Origin: Eledone cirrhosa
Taxonomy: Eukaryota
DNA length: 64,000 nt
Direction: 5' to 3'
Assembly: GCA_964016885.1 (NCBI GenBank)
Contig: OZ024751.1
Span: forward strand, 16,306,001 to 16,370,000
Shown: in pieces, positions 13,610-28,152 of the stretch
Position numbering within the stretch: the stretch's first letter is position 1
How the letters are laid out: each line of letters starts with the position of its first letter
The notes under the pieces: generated by a model
What the model was told of the DNA's origin: nothing
Database searches by the model: none
The model's input: only the letters and a program-made list of their open reading frames with translations
Translations under genes and position numbers: made by a program

Positions 13610-13711
13610 AAGAATGAGAAATAAAATAGATTAAGGGGACGGGTCGGATGGGTTTGGAAAAAATGTCTTTAGATAAAAATAATAGGTCCATTCATGTTGA
13701 CATCTCTTGCA

Positions 13712-13864
<153 letters not shown>

Positions 13865-14169
13865 GCTCAGATAGGAAGCTCTGATTGAACGAGACAACCA
13901 CTGTGTAGAAAGATTGAAGAAGTACAAATGATGTAGAAGAATACAATAATAACCAATGAAGCCAAGAGTGAGATAAAGTAAGTCTTAAAGACAGCAATAA
14001 ATGGATGGGGATTATTGTAGGAAATAAAAGGTAGGTCATCAACCCGAACACATACATATACACACACAGTGACATAGGCATACGTATACAGCGGATTAGC
14101 TATACAAAGACACCGTTCTGTCGTGAATAACCTTGGATTTTACACCTAAAAACCTTCCCCTCCGAGCCA

Positions 14170-14410
14170 CATGCCCAGAGAAGGTTCTTTTTGTAGGAGA
14201 CTAGCTGTCGCCCATGCATACTTGTCTTCCTTCTCCACACCAACGATGTTCTCCAAGGAGTGATACATCTTTGCACAGCGAATTTCTCCAGGTGAGCGAA
14301 CTGGAGCGACGTGAAATATGGTGTCAAGGACACAACGCGCTGTTTGGTCTGGGAATTGAACATTCAACCTTATGATTGTGAATCCAACGAACTAACAACT
14401 AAACCACGTC
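14170..14410 (-). mobile_element. tRNA-derived SINE with CORE/V-like TGTGTCCTTGA segment
   Basis: Minus strand GTGGTTTAGTTG..GTTCAATTCCC..TTGTGTCCTTGAC; related copy ~56085-56272 (-). Confidence 0.65.
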
Positions 14411-14431
14411 CCTACACTAGATCAGCAATCT

Positions 14432-14765
14432 GAAAGGAAGGGAAAAGTCGATTAAATTGACCCCAGTTCGTTACTTGTACTTTATTTTATCGATCACGTA
14501 AGGATGAAAGGCAAAGTTAAACTCGGCGGGATTTGAACTCAGACGGTAAAAGGCCGTAACTCTATGTATAATAGTAATAATAATTGTTTCTACTTTAGGC
14601 ACAAGGCCAGCAATTACCCAGTGCATTACTGGTACTTTATTTTATCGACCCCGTAAGGATGAAAGGCAAAGTCAACCTCGGCGGGATTTGAACTCAGATC
14701 GTAAAGGGACGTAACTATGCTGGAAAGCATGGCGTCCGACCCTCTACCGATACTGCCAATCTACC
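14432..14765 (-). mobile_element. Two adjacent major-family SINEs; the second (14585-14765) has a TSD
   Basis: Family consensus match; GTATAATAGTAATAATAAT duplicated at 14566 and 14766. Confidence 0.85.
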
Positions 14766-15364
14766 GTATAATAGTAATAATAATAATAATTATAATAATA
14801 GAAATGTTGAAATCAGTAAATTTCTCCAGGAAATTTCTCAAATAATTTAAAATACGTAAAAGAATTTGAAAATGTCTGGTTATTCATAAAACGTTTAATT
14901 CCTCGTGATACCTATTCTTCAGATTCAGTCGGTTTTCTAAGAAATCTGACGAGAGTATCTTCATTTGATGTATTCATTGAAGAAATTTTAAAATTAAAGT
15001 AAAATAATTTGTATATTTTCCCTATCTGTATTTTTATTTATTTTTAGTTTTTTTTCTTCTCTTCCATCCCTGTCTATTTCCCCCTGGCACTCTTTTTTTT
15101 TTATTTAACAAAGGAAAGTTTTGGGAATTTTTTTTACACAATTTTCTATTTTAAAAAATTTATTCTGAAAGACACTCGTACCTTCTGAAAAGATGCCAGT
15201 CACTTTTAAAAAAATTCATTTCTATTTTATTTGTTTTAGTTATTTTCTTTTAATTATTATTTGTTTTATTGTAAACTGTTCACTAATTTATTGTAAAATA
15301 TAAATATATATATATTTTTTTTCAGTTACAATAAATTACTTTAAAAAATGTTCAGAATAAATAA

Positions 15365-15562
15365 TAACGGTGATAATAATGATGACAATGATGACAACAC
15401 AAATGATGGTGATGATGATGATGATGACGATGATGATGACGATGGCGACGACAACAAAAAATGATGATGATGATGGTGATGACGATGGCGACGATGACGA
15501 CGACAACAAAAATGATAATGGTGATGATGATAATGACGGTGGTGACGACGACGACGACGACG

Positions 15563-15593
<31 letters not shown>

Positions 15594-15674
15594 AATAATG
15601 ATGAGGAATATGATGATGATGATGATGATGCTAACAACAACAACAGCAACAACAACAACAACTACAACAACTAA

Positions 15675-15710
<36 letters not shown>

Positions 15711-16430
15711 GCAAGATAAATGCAACTATAATAATAATAATAATATTAATATTAATGATGATGATGATAATAATGATAATGATGAAGATGATGACGGTGA
15801 TGATGACGACAACAATAACAACAATAACGAAAAATAATAATGATAACAACAATAACAACAATAACGAAAAATAATAATGATAACAACAATAACAACAATA
15901 ACGAACAATAATAATGATAACAACAATAACAACAATAACGAACAATAATAATGATAACAACAATAACAACAATAACGAAAAATAATAATGATAACAACAA
16001 TAACAACAATAACGAACAATAATAATGATGACAACAATAACGAAAAATAATAATGATAACAACAATAACAAAAATAACGAAAAATAATAATGATAACAAC
16101 AATAACAACAATAACGAAAAATAATAATGATAACAACAATAACGAACAATAATAATGATAACAACAATAACAACAATAACGAAAAATAATAATGATAACA
16201 ACAATAACAACAATAACGAAAAATAATAATGATAACAACAATAACGAACAATAATAATGATAACAATAACAACAATATAACGAAAAATAATAATGATAAC
16301 AACAATAACAACAATAACGAAAAATAATAATGATAACAACAATAACAACAATAACGAAAAATAATAATGATAACAACAATAACGAAAAATAATAATGATG
16401 ATGTTGATGATGATGATGATGATGACGATG
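15365..16430. repeat. Trinucleotide microsatellites and AACGAAAAATAATAATGATAACAACAAT-type minisatellite
   Basis: Directly visible. Confidence 0.9.
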
Positions 16431-16733
16431 AGTGAACCAAAACACACAGTAAAGCTAGTCCAAATAAAAGAAAAAGAAAACAAAAAAAAAACAGCAGAAA
16501 AAAAACCCAGAAAAGAACGGAAAAGGAAAAAAAAAAGGAAAAAATGCCAAAAAAAAACAAAAAAAAAAAACAAAAGAAAACAAAATCCGTTTCTGTAAAG
16601 AAAGTTGTGAGACGGTTTTAGAAATGTTGCCAGAATTAATTTTTTGGTCTTGTTTTCTATGAATTGTTTTATTTTATGTTATCGAAAGGCCTGCAAGAGT
16701 TGTTGCTGTACAATGTAAATATTTTTCTCATCG

Positions 16734-16808
<75 letters not shown>

Positions 16809-16830
16809 CAGAACCGATATAATAATACTG

Positions 16831-16879
<49 letters not shown>

Positions 16880-16966
16880 TAAATCGTCATTGTCATCATC
16901 GTCGTCTTCTTCAACATCACATCATCATCATGATCATCGTGATCATCATGATCATCATCATCGTCG

Positions 16967-17990
16967 TCAATAGACTCTACTTAAAGAGATCTGAAGGTGG
17001 AAGAGGTCTTATTAGCATAGAGGACTGTGTTCAGATGGAGAAAAACAACCTGCACAAATACGTGACTGACAGTAGGGAGACAATGCTCAAAATTGTACTG
17101 AAGGAGAAGACAATAGACCAGGGGATGTCCAAGGAGGAAGAGTAACCTTCATGAAAAATCCCTTCATAGTACCTTCTTTAAGAAAATTGAATTTAGAGAT
17201 CCACAGACATGGAACTGGTTAAAAAGAGGAGACCTTAAAAAGGCTACAGAAGGAATGCTAATGGCTGCGCAAGAGCAGGCCCTCAAAACGAACTGGTTGA
17301 AGCACCACATTTACAAGGAGGAGGCTAGCCCACTGTGTAGGATCTGTGGAGAGAGAGAGGGGAGACTGTGGCTCACATTGTATACGAGTGTAAACACCTA
17401 GCCCAGACTCACTATAAAGGCTGGAGACATGATGTGATGGGCAGGGTGATCCACTGGCATCTATGCAAAGTAAACAATTTACCACATTCTGAGAAGTGGT
17501 ATGAACATAAGCCAGTGTCGGTGATAGAAAACGATCAGGTGAAGGTGCTATGGGATTTTAGGATACATACGGACAAGAAATTAGAACACAATAGACCTGA
17601 CCTGGTGGTTTTGGACAAGGAAAAAAGATCGTGCCTGATTGTGGATGTGGCCTGCCCATTCGACACGATAGTGAAAGAGAAGGAGAGGCAATAAATTAAC
17701 CGATACCAGGACTTAAAGTAGGAGGTAAAAAGGATTTGTAACTGCCATGAAGTCAGGGTCGCCCCGATTGTCATAGATGCACTAGGTACTATCACAAAGT
17801 GTTTCCAAGGACGGTTAAAGAAGATAAGTCCAGCCCCGCTTTTTGGAACACTTCAAAAGGCATGCTTGCTGGGAACAGCAAGAACCCTCCGACACATCCT
17901 GAATATCTGAGGCTGCAGGTAGTGGCTTGATATTAATTTCAACAAACTTTCCAGTTAAATAACATCAATGACTGAGACTCAAAGAATAAA
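16967..17990 (+). mobile_element. R4/Dong-clade non-LTR retrotransposon 3' fragment (CCHC plus REL endonuclease), disrupted
   Basis: RLYLKRSEGGRGL, AAQEQAL, CRIC..HI..C, RHD, LWDF, RPDLVV..IVDVACPFD; stops and frameshifts; ends in (TAA)n. Confidence 0.9.
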
Positions 17991-18014
17991 AAAAAAAAAA
18001 TAATAATAATAATT

Positions 18015-18218
18015 TCTTATATAGGCACAAGGCAAGCAATTTTAGGAAGGGTAAAGTCGATTAAATCCATCCCAGTGCATTACTGGTACTTTATTTTATC
18101 AACCACATAAGGATGAAAAGCAAAGTTAACCTCGGCGGGATTTGAACTCAGACCGCAAAGGGCCGTAACTCTTTGCTGCAAATCATGGCGCCCGACTCTC
18201 TACCGATACTGCCAATCC
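18015..18218 (-). mobile_element. Major-family SINE
   Basis: Family consensus match. Confidence 0.85.
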
Positions 18219-18219
18219 A

Positions 18220-18255
18220 TAATAATAATAATCATCGTAATCATTATCTTAGTTC

Positions 18256-18296
<41 letters not shown>

Positions 18297-18975
18297 TTCC
18301 TCATTACCATCGTCATCATCACCATCACAACATGCACCAATAGCAGCAGCACCGAACCGGTATAATCATAATAATCATCATCATCATCATCGTCATCATT
18401 CTCTTCGTCGTCCTCATCATCATCATCGTCAGCAATACCATCGTCTTCATCATTATCGTCATCATCGCCACCACCACGTGCACCAGCAGCAGCAGCAGCA
18501 GCACCGAACCGACATAATCATCATCATCGACATCATTATCATCATTATCATCATCATCATCATAATCATCATTATCATCCTCATCACAACCATCACCACC
18601 ATCACCATCATCATCATCATCACAACCATCACCACCATCACCATCATCATCATCATCATCATCATCATCACCACCATCACCTTCACCATCAACATCATCA
18701 TCACAACTACAAACACAAACAGCAACACCGATCCGACACAACCATCATAATCGTCATCATTATCATCATTATCATCATCATTATCCTCCTCCTCCTTCTC
18801 CCCCGCCTCTTCCTCCTCCTCCTTCTCAGCGCCATCATCGTCATCATCACCTCAATCCTTACCGTCAGCACACATTCACAAGCAACAACTTAGTATCATC
18901 ATCATCGTCATCATGATCATCACCGTCACCATGGTATCATGATAATTATCACCGTCGTTGTCGTCGTCAGCAGCA
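18220..18975. repeat. (ATC)n/(CAG)n-rich low-complexity region
   Basis: Directly visible. Confidence 0.85.
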
Positions 18976-19403
18976 CCCCCACTCCCCCCACACCCCCACA
19001 CCCACCCCATTCATTTTAACCACTGCAGCAATATCAACAATGTCATAGTTCAAAACTTTATGAAAAGAAACAATTTTAAAAAGCAACAACAAACAAACAA
19101 AAAACAATACAAAAAAAAATCAATTTAATAACAATTAAACAACAATTAAAAAACAATTAAAAAAACTGTTAAAAAACAAACAAACACATTAATTCTATTC
19201 CCATCAACTAATTTGCAGCCATTTCGTGAAAAATGTTCGTTGTATTGTTTGAAAAGGTAATTAATTGAGAATGCTGGAGTGTCCAGCAGGTATCGATGCT
19301 AGCCTATTGATTAATAGGTTGCAGCATTCCGTTAACACTGTAGCGATTTAGAGTGAGTGATCTCTCAGGTACAATTAGAGGTATTTAATATTGATCTCTG
19401 ATT

Positions 19404-20103
19404 CAGGCACAAGGCCAGTAAAAGTACAGAGAACTAGGATCGATTTAACCAAATCGATTCCAGTATTAGATTAGAATTTTATTTTAACGACCACAGAAGG
19501 ATGAAAGGTAAATTTGACCTCGGCGGGATTTGAAAATAGATTGTAAAGAGCCAGAACAAATAACTAGCCAATAAATTTGAGGAAGGGGAAAGTGCTAGGA
19601 TCGATTTAACCAAATCGATCCCAGTATTTGATTATAATTTTATTTTAACGACCACAGATGGATGAAAGGAAAAGTTATCCTCTGCGGGATTTGAAATTAG
19701 ATTGTAAAGAACCAAAACAAATAACTAGCGATTTATAGGGAGTAACTGACATGTCAGGGACATGTAGAAATCAATAATATTGATTTATGATTCAGATACA
19801 TGGGCAGTAATTTTGGAGAAGGGGAAAGTTGATTAAATCGAACCCTAGTACTAGAGAAGCTCGCTAACTGTATACAAGAATATAATAACAGCACATCTAG
19901 CGATTTAGGCCAGTAAATTTGAAGAAAAGTAAAGTGCTAGGATCGATATAACCAAATCGATCTCAATATTTGATTGGTATTTTATTTTAACAACCACAGA
20001 AGGTTGAAAGGTAAATTTGACCTTGGCGGGATTTGAACTTAGATTATAAAGACCCTGAACAAATACGGCAATTAGATGTTATCAGTTCCGCCAGATCCAC
20101 CAC
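19404..20103 (-). mobile_element. Tandem cluster of 3-4 diverged SINE copies
   Basis: CTAGGATCGATTTAACCAAATCGAT...TTTATTTTAACGACCACAGA.GGATGAAAGG repeated at ~19435, ~19596 and ~19937. Confidence 0.75.
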
Positions 20104-20954
20104 TCTATATTAAAATGAAGGTACAAGATCTTAGCCAGGGCCGGATTTATCGGAGAGTGGTAGGAGCATATGCACTGGGTATCTCGGAACAGGGCCCCTT
20201 CTTTTTCTCTGTCTGTCTGCCCCCCCCCTCTCTCTCTTTTCCTGCTTACGTGTATATATTTCTATATCTATATACATACATATATATGTGTGTGTGTGTA
20301 TATGTGTCGTTATATGAGGGCTCCACCAAACTACCCCAACCCCAATGTACTGGGTAATTCCTGGCTTGTGCCAAAAGTAGAAACAATTATTAAAAATTTT
20401 AAACTGTTTTACATTAGAAATCTGTTAACGAAAACGTTGAAGTCTTATTTTCTCTAGTCTAACCTCAGTGAAATTGCAGCAATGTAGCAACGATTGTATT
20501 AGCTTCAATTATCTTAGAAATATAATGCTGCATTCTAAAACTATTTCATTGAAGAAATTAATTCATAGTATGAATTGAATACGAATTCATGTTTGGCATG
20601 AAACACACTCATCGATTTCTAGTTTTCGATTAGCTTTTCGATTTAGCCCCAGAACTGCGTTTCTAATGTAAAGCCCATTGTAATTGATTTAGAATGAAAA
20701 ACATGCTTTGCGTTTGCCCAAAGATAGGGAGCAGAGCTTTTATTACATGGGGTGTCGTTAGGCGGTTACTTGTGAAGTCCTGTACTTAACAATGAAACAT
20801 TGATGGACATTTATCGATTGAACGCTCAACCAAACAGTCTGCTCGTGAAGTTAATGATACGTGTACCCTTAAAGCAGTTCTCACACTGTGTGACATAGTC
20901 GGACTTTTAAATTACAAGTACAGTATATCCGACGGGCCTCTAAACAATTTATAC

Positions 20955-21263
20955 CAGGAGCGTGAACCAGGCGGCCCACGGGCCACAATCCTGCCCGCTA
21001 GACCAGTCACAGTGACCCACGATGACCGTTTTTAATTTTTACTTTGTAGACTTATTTAGAATTTGTTTCGTATCCGTAATACAATTTTCTGTTTGTTGAC
21101 CTAAACTAAAGGGCTTCACTGATAGGGTTATGTATGTTATAATTTCCCAGTTCCATGTTATGGAAAGAAGTTGTGGCCAATCTTTGGAATAGTGACTAAT
21201 GGTGCTAATAGTTGTTCCAATGTTCAAAAGTGGCCCGCCAATGGAATATGTTGTACACCCCTG
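20955..21263. mobile_element. Non-autonomous hAT-like element
   Basis: CAGG..GTG / CACCCCTG ends, subterminal GCGGCCC/GGCCCGC motifs, imperfect 8-bp TSD ATTTATAC/GTTTAGAC. Confidence 0.6.
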
Positions 21264-23678
21264 GTTTAGACCTACCTTACCTCTCTCACAAAGATTTGAT
21301 CAATCCGAGGCTAGGGTAAGTGATATTTACCTAAGATGACATGAAGTGGGTTCAAACCCGAGGACTTATGATTGCAGATCTCTAGACTTCTTTACCATTA
21401 TGTCATGCTTCCAGCACGCACTTGATAGATATATCGTTATGTGATTCAGTGCAGTGATAGCATGTACAAGTAGTCAGTAATGAAGGACTTAAATCCGGTA
21501 TTTTTATGACACACTATTAATGTATCACATGGTGTACATAATGAATCTTGAAACTCTATTCACTGGGAAGTGCTGTCGAGATTTGCAGAGCTTAAAATCT
21601 TGATTATAGCATTACAAGATTTATACCCGTTAACTGTACATCAATAATACGCAAAACAGACGCATACAATATTCATCAATTGAGAAGAACTATCACAGTG
21701 GCTAAATACATTAAGCATTAAGCGATTCTAACTGAAACGTGGACATTTTATTTCATATCGCTTTCGCTGCTCTGTGACCCTGGCTATGACACTTAACCAA
21801 TTGAAATGATTTATATCTTAATCAAATAGCAAAGCGTGCTGTAGTAATGGTGCTACTCTGAGCTTTCACGGATGTTTGTGACACATAAAATATTATTTAA
21901 ATTTCACATTAATATCTAAGTTTGTAACAAATAGAACTAAATTATGTTCGAGTAGTGTTATATATATTTTGATTAATTTACAAGTGGTGTTTTATTTCAT
22001 AGTTGCTTGTCAAATTCAACGTTATCTTTTGGCCTTTCGTGGTCGATAAATAAAGTATCAGTTAGAGGTGGTGGATAGGCAGAATTGTAAAAGATGCTGA
22101 CTGGATACGTTGCGGTATCCAATTCGGTCGGATCGATGCGTTCTGAGTTCAAATCCTGCCTTTTTTTTTGCGTGGAGTTGCAGCCAGTAGATCTTATCAG
22201 CAATGGAAATACTAATGGAAGTACTGCATTGTTTCCTTGGTCTGATCCGATAATTGACTTTACTTGTCGAAATTACCGAATAATTTATGTAAATTTTAAT
22301 TTGCCAAAATTATAGAGTAGATAGCTGAAATTATAGTGTAGTATGTCATGAAATTAGAAGAACGATCTGCGTGGTAAAGAACCACATCCTACACGGGGTG
22401 CCTCTGATACGGCTATCATGGGGTAGTCTCTCAGAATAGGTCGGATCTACAGGATAAGCTCGATAAAAATCCTGCTTGTCTCATTGTAAGCTAACAGTAA
22501 CTCATGCGATGATAATCAGTTTAATTAGAGGACCTCGGTGCCGTGAACACTAGTGGCTTCGCAGATGATCGACTATTAATTCTACAATAGGTTGGTACAA
22601 CAGCTCTACCTTAGTGGAGAAATCTGTGTATGCAGGTGTGGCTACCTCCATGAATTCTAGCCATTAGAAAAAAGCAATGCTTCACCTTCGATGGAAGGTT
22701 GGCTCAAGAAGAAGATTAATGCCATACCATTTGATATGATTGTTTCGGCATCTCGTGATCTCGGATGTTTTCCATTAAAGTTATTGTAGGATAGATTTGT
22801 AGTAGTTGCTATCAAAGTAAAGATTAAACAGATTTCGTGTCGTTGCCATTGTTGTTGTTGTTTGTTGTTGTTTGTATGTGTTTCATTTTAGAGATATCAT
22901 TTTAACCATCCTTTTCATTTTTCTATGACCCCCAAGTTATCACATCACATTTAATATCGTCGCCGCGGAGATTATGAATATCAATGTCATCATCATCATC
23001 ATCGCCATAATCATCACCATCATAATCGCCATAATCATCATCATCATCATCATCATCATCAATATCAGAATCATCAAGTTCGTCGTCATCATCATCCTCT
23101 TAATCGTCATCATGATCCTCATCATCAGCATCATCATCAGGATATGACGTACCGGATTAAACGATCTTTCCTTATGAGAAGTAGAAATCCCATATGTTAT
23201 AAAATAAATAGGATGGGTTGGGGGGAGGGGGGCTCAATATGTAAACTAATCCTCTAATTCTGGTTTTTAAAATAACCAACGAATATAACGTAGAATAATT
23301 ACTGATTTTCCAATCCCTGTTTATTGCACCCCATCCCTCGCATATTCCGACACCCTCGTTTATTCCAACCCAACCTGTTTTTCCCCACCCCGGCTTATTT
23401 CAACAACTCCGCTTATTCCAACCCCTCCTATTATTTGGAATATAGACGTAAATACCTCCAAATACAACGAATCTTCTTATTCGTTGTAAAATCCGTAAAT
23501 TTTGTTAAAACACGGTAAGCAAATGTGACAACCAATGTAAACAAATATACATGATGGCTGCAATGTCAATTAACAAATATATTCTTAATCAAGGTTGAAA
23601 TGAACTAATGAAATCCAAGTTCATTCACACTTTCTTAAATTATATAATCAATGTTAAATACGATGGTAAGAAGTAAGT

Positions 23679-23770
23679 AATCTGATAGCTCAGTTGGCAG
23701 AGCGGAGGACTGTAGTTTGTTATAGGTAGTTCTTATCCTTAAGTCGACGGTTCGAATCCGTCTTGCTAGA
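23679..23770 (+). tRNA. Intron-containing tRNA-Tyr(GTA)-like gene, probably pseudogene or variant
   Basis: TAGCTCAGTTGGCAGAGCGGAGGACTGTAG, 19-nt intron 23716-23734, ATCCTT, T arm GACGG-TTCGAAT-CCGTC; acceptor stem does not pair in register. Confidence 0.8.
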
Positions 23771-23842
23771 TTATAATAAATAAATAGGTAGGGATAGATA
23801 GATAAGGATAGATAGACATAGAAGAAGTTGTGTGTCGTCCGA

Positions 23843-24020
23843 ATGGCAGTATCGGTAGAGGGTCGGACGCCATGCTTTGCAGCAAATAGTTACGGCCCTT
23901 TATCGTCTGAGTTCAAATCCCGCCGAGGTTAACTTTGCCTTTCATCCTTACGCGGTCGATAAAATACCAGAAATACACTGGGATAATTGCTGGCCTTGTG
24001 CGAAAAGTAGAAACAATTAT
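23843..24020 (+). mobile_element. Major-family SINE
   Basis: TGGCAGTATCGGTAGAG head through GTAGAAACAATTA tail. Confidence 0.85.
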
Positions 24021-25323
24021 TTTACGAGTAGTTAGTTCAGTCGCTCCGCCGCCGACGACCCAATTGTGACGAAGACAGACAAACCACGTTACTAATGAAT
24101 ACAAATCACGAATGCTCAGTTCCAAATCTAACACTTACACGTATAGGTGAACTATGTTTTGAGATTTTAAATGTAATTTCTAAAGCTTTGTTTCTTTTTA
24201 TCTGTCCATTTAGTTTGGTGTAATTATGAGACAATCATGCCCCATTAAACCGAGTGTCTTTAATGAAGAATGTTATTTAAAATCTTCTCACATTTCCTCT
24301 TTTTTTTCTCAATATTTAAATCATTCTTTTCTAAATTCAACTCCATTTACCAGGATATTATTTCATATCTACGCTACTTCAATCAGCATTAGCGTCACAA
24401 ATAAATATAAAAGTCTAGACTGAAAGGAAACACAGAAGAATAAGAAACAAAATTGTTATTTTGTGGAAACTCTGAAATAATTAGTTTAAGATAATCGCCG
24501 GGAAAGACTTTTGATACAAATGATAGAATACGTCTCTCATAATTCTACTTATATTCTGTGCTCACAGTTGTTACTTGCTGCCACTTAATGTATAGAGACA
24601 GCACCTATTATAGAAAAGAGGTAATATATATGAAAGATCGTGAATTTACTGTGTTCAAGTGTTAAAGAAATATGACCATCAGCTAGAGACATGACATCGG
24701 AGACATTAAATATAACGAATGACAATCTCATATACCTAGTGATTGTCAATTATGACTAGAAAATGTAATATCATTAGAGATGATAAAATACACAAAGTGA
24801 TATTTTATTTCAACAGGCGACATTATATCATGTAACTAGCGACAGTCAAATGTATCTAGTGACATACATAATGGCCTCTTAACTAACGACACATCTTTCA
24901 AATATTAATAGTTTGATATAACACCTCATTAACTAAGCTGATTGTCATCGCTTAAGGTAGGTAATGGGGTTGGGGTGGTGTTAACTATTATATTCTGTTA
25001 AATGTAATGCATTTAATATAAGATGCCTTTCGGAATAATCTGGAGGCATGACTGAACAGACTCTTACTTCTTTCTTTCCTATTTCTCTTAATTTGATCTA
25101 ACATGGAGGCGGATTTCAAGTGCCCTTAGACCGTCGATTAGAATGCTTCGTGGTTTTCGTTCCAATATTTTGCGAACTGAGTTCAAATGTTGCTCTGATC
25201 AACTTTGTCTGACATCGTTCCTGGCTCAATTAATGTAGTTTCAGTCAATTGCTATATTCGGTTGTTTCTCAATGTCGCTTATTACCTCCTTTCTCATCTC
25301 ACTCCATCACTCTCTTCCCAACC

Positions 25324-25366
<43 letters not shown>

Positions 25367-25378
25367 CCCTCTCTCTCT

Positions 25379-25419
<41 letters not shown>

Positions 25420-26137
25420 TTTCTTTGAAGTAATCGGCTGTGTTGAGACCTGGAGAGTGAGTTAGATCATGCCAGGCTTATATACCCATGTCGTGGAATC
25501 CACATAAATCCCCCGTGTGCTTATACCAGAGTTAACTGTTAAAATCATTGCTGGTATTCTACAACAGGTTTACCTATAAAATCATAAATGTCCATAATAA
25601 TCAACAGAAAGGATCAGTCCATTACTTAATGTTATATAATGTCTCTGAGCGGCGAATTTATTGTATATCTATAGGTGAAACGTTCTCTAGCAACTACTAG
25701 TTTGTATTTTTGTATCTTTTCCTCCCTCACTCTCTCGTGCCTTCCTATACGCCTTTAGCAGCCCTTGCATTTCAGGACTCGTATTAAGGCTTCTAACGAC
25801 CACCAATGGAGAGGTAGGGCCGACGTTAGGATTATCTGATCTGTATTGTATATTAGAAAAAAAATATATATAAGAAAAGTAAATGTAGATGTTACCACAG
25901 TTAAACTTGAATTTAAATATGCAATCAGAGAGATCAATTTACCACCTAACTGTTGATGATGTAGCGTTTCTCTGGATACAGTAAAACTTCCATATTCTTA
26001 AGAGTTCTTGTTCTTACAAAATAACTGAACACATGCCTAGAGTCAGTTTCAGTTTCAGCATTTCTGTTTTGTTTTAATTTTACAAATATCTGAAGTAACC
26101 CAGACAGAATATGTATTTTTTTTGTTAAAATTTACTG

Positions 26138-26357
26138 GGGCGGTTGTGTGGCAGAATTGGGAGAGCGTCGGACAAAGCCGTTTTATGGCGTTTTTTCGTC
26201 TTTTTAAAAATGTTCTGAGTTCATATCTCGTTACGGTTAACTTTGCATTTCCTCTTGCCTGAGGCGATACAAATATATTTCTAGTCAAATACTGGGGTTG
26301 ATTTATTCGGCTAACCCATTCACACACAATTTCCTGGCCTTGTGCTTACGTTAGAAG
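26138..26357 (+). mobile_element. Old diverged SINE of the same superfamily
   Basis: GGCAGAATTGGGAGAGCGTCGGAC..TCTGAGTTCA..AACTTTGC..TGGCCTTGTGC. Confidence 0.65.
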
Positions 26358-27131
26358 CCCTCAGTAAGTTTCTTCTAAATGTATAGCATTAGATTGGTTC
26401 AAAAATATTTTTAAAACAGTTCTTTTAAAATTCAATGCTTATTTTGGAATAAATTTTTATTCAGCTACGTTCATTTAATATACTATTTTGAAGCACAGAT
26501 TCCAGTCTATTGATTTATGCTAATGCTTGCAATATTTCTTCTTGTTAAGGCTTCTACTGTTTTTTTCTTTGAATGCTTTTAGTGTTTGTTCTTGTCTATT
26601 TTGAGCTGTCAAATTAAAGATGGATAAAAAAACATAAATTGGGTGTTTTAACTTTTCAAAACTCCGAAATATGGAAACCAACTGGAAGATCAGTCAATCA
26701 CTATAGATAACAGTTGATATAATTAGGTACATTACGAAAAATCATGAGATTGCAAGTTCGATTCTGGGACCGGGCGATGTATAATGTCCTTGAGCAAGGC
26801 ACTTTAATTTACGTTGCACATTCTGCCAAGAGTTGAGACTGGTAGATAGTATCAGCAATGGAAAGACTAATAGAGACATTCGGTAAGTGAATGGGTCTTG
26901 TCGATCGATTTTCCTGTTATATATATTGATCGGCTGTAATAAATAGTATTTTATGCGTTTGAGTCTCCCACATATTCAACTTATATTACGAGATCAACAA
27001 CAGAACATCGATATTTATCTACCACACTTTCTCTATCACTCTCCATAGCACACACACACACACACAAAACACACACACACACATATTTGTATATATGTGT
27101 GTATATCTATCTATCTCTCTATATATATATA

Positions 27132-27930
27132 ATAATAGCCTCCGTCAACGTATGACGGTTCATAAATCACAAATTAAAATACAAGAATACAGAAAGATTG
27201 CATTTAGTGAACATATCGCCAGTTGACCTCTCAACCAACATCCAAACTTTAAAATTTTCCCCATTTACAAATTCAATGACAACGCTACTTTCATCCAACG
27301 CACCAATAAGGAAACACATTTCATTAATAAATTTCAACCACTGCTCAATGCTCTAAAAATCGGACCAATCTAAAACTGCAACAAACCATCAAACATTTAC
27401 AAGAGTTACCTCCCTCACACCCTACCTAATCCCTTTTCTTAAATAAATTAAATATCACCCAGCAAGAATTGCTTCCTCCTGCATATTAACTCTCTAAAAA
27501 GGGAAATCATATCAAACCTCAGTCCACCATTTGCCTCCTTCACGGAACCATGGTTCAACTAAGCTCTCTTGCTATATTAACACATTTTGAACTGCTTAAT
27601 TTCAATGACTGTGCTTGTAAATAAGATTATTTTTTCTCCCACTTTGACTTTTTACGTTCCACATTATGCACGTCTTTTTTTCTTTTTCTTTTTTCTTTTT
27701 TCTTTTTTCTTTTTTCTTTTCACTTCTTAAACCTGTTTGAATATAACATTATTCTTTCTGCACCTTCTGTTTAACATGTGCGACACCACACTAATACATT
27801 TCACTATGATTTGATAATGCATATAAATGCTGAAACCGGTAATAGACAATAATTAAATATATAAATAAATGCCATTGTTAAATAATAAATATATCAACTA
27901 ATACCTTAACACTTCACACAAAGTAAAACA
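27132..27930 (+). mobile_element. Penelope-like element 3' fragment: GIY-YIG C-terminus, UTR and HHR
   Basis: NSLRQRMTVHKSQIKIQEYRKIAFSEHI..HPNFKIFPIYKFNDNATFIQRTNKETHFINKFQPLLN, homologous to the minus-strand ORF at ~29990-30190; HHR-like TTGATAA-T-GCAT..ATGC-T-GAAAC-CG-GTA-ATAG at 27804-27845. Confidence 0.8.
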
Positions 27931-28021
27931 TTTCGTTTTAATCATTTTCTAACCCAGAAAAAAGAGAGAGAGAAACAAAAAAGGAAAAAAATATATTTTT
28001 CTTCCTCATTTTTCTCCTTGT

Positions 28022-28082
<61 letters not shown>

Positions 28083-28152
28083 CGGACGTTGGAGGAGCAA
28101 CATCAGATCCCACCCGGGAGATATCACACATTGAACAAAGTATTACGCAATA

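Noticed and set aside
15336-16598. Asp/Asn/Met-rich or Cys/Tyr-rich ORFs
   Set aside because: Trinucleotide and minisatellite translations
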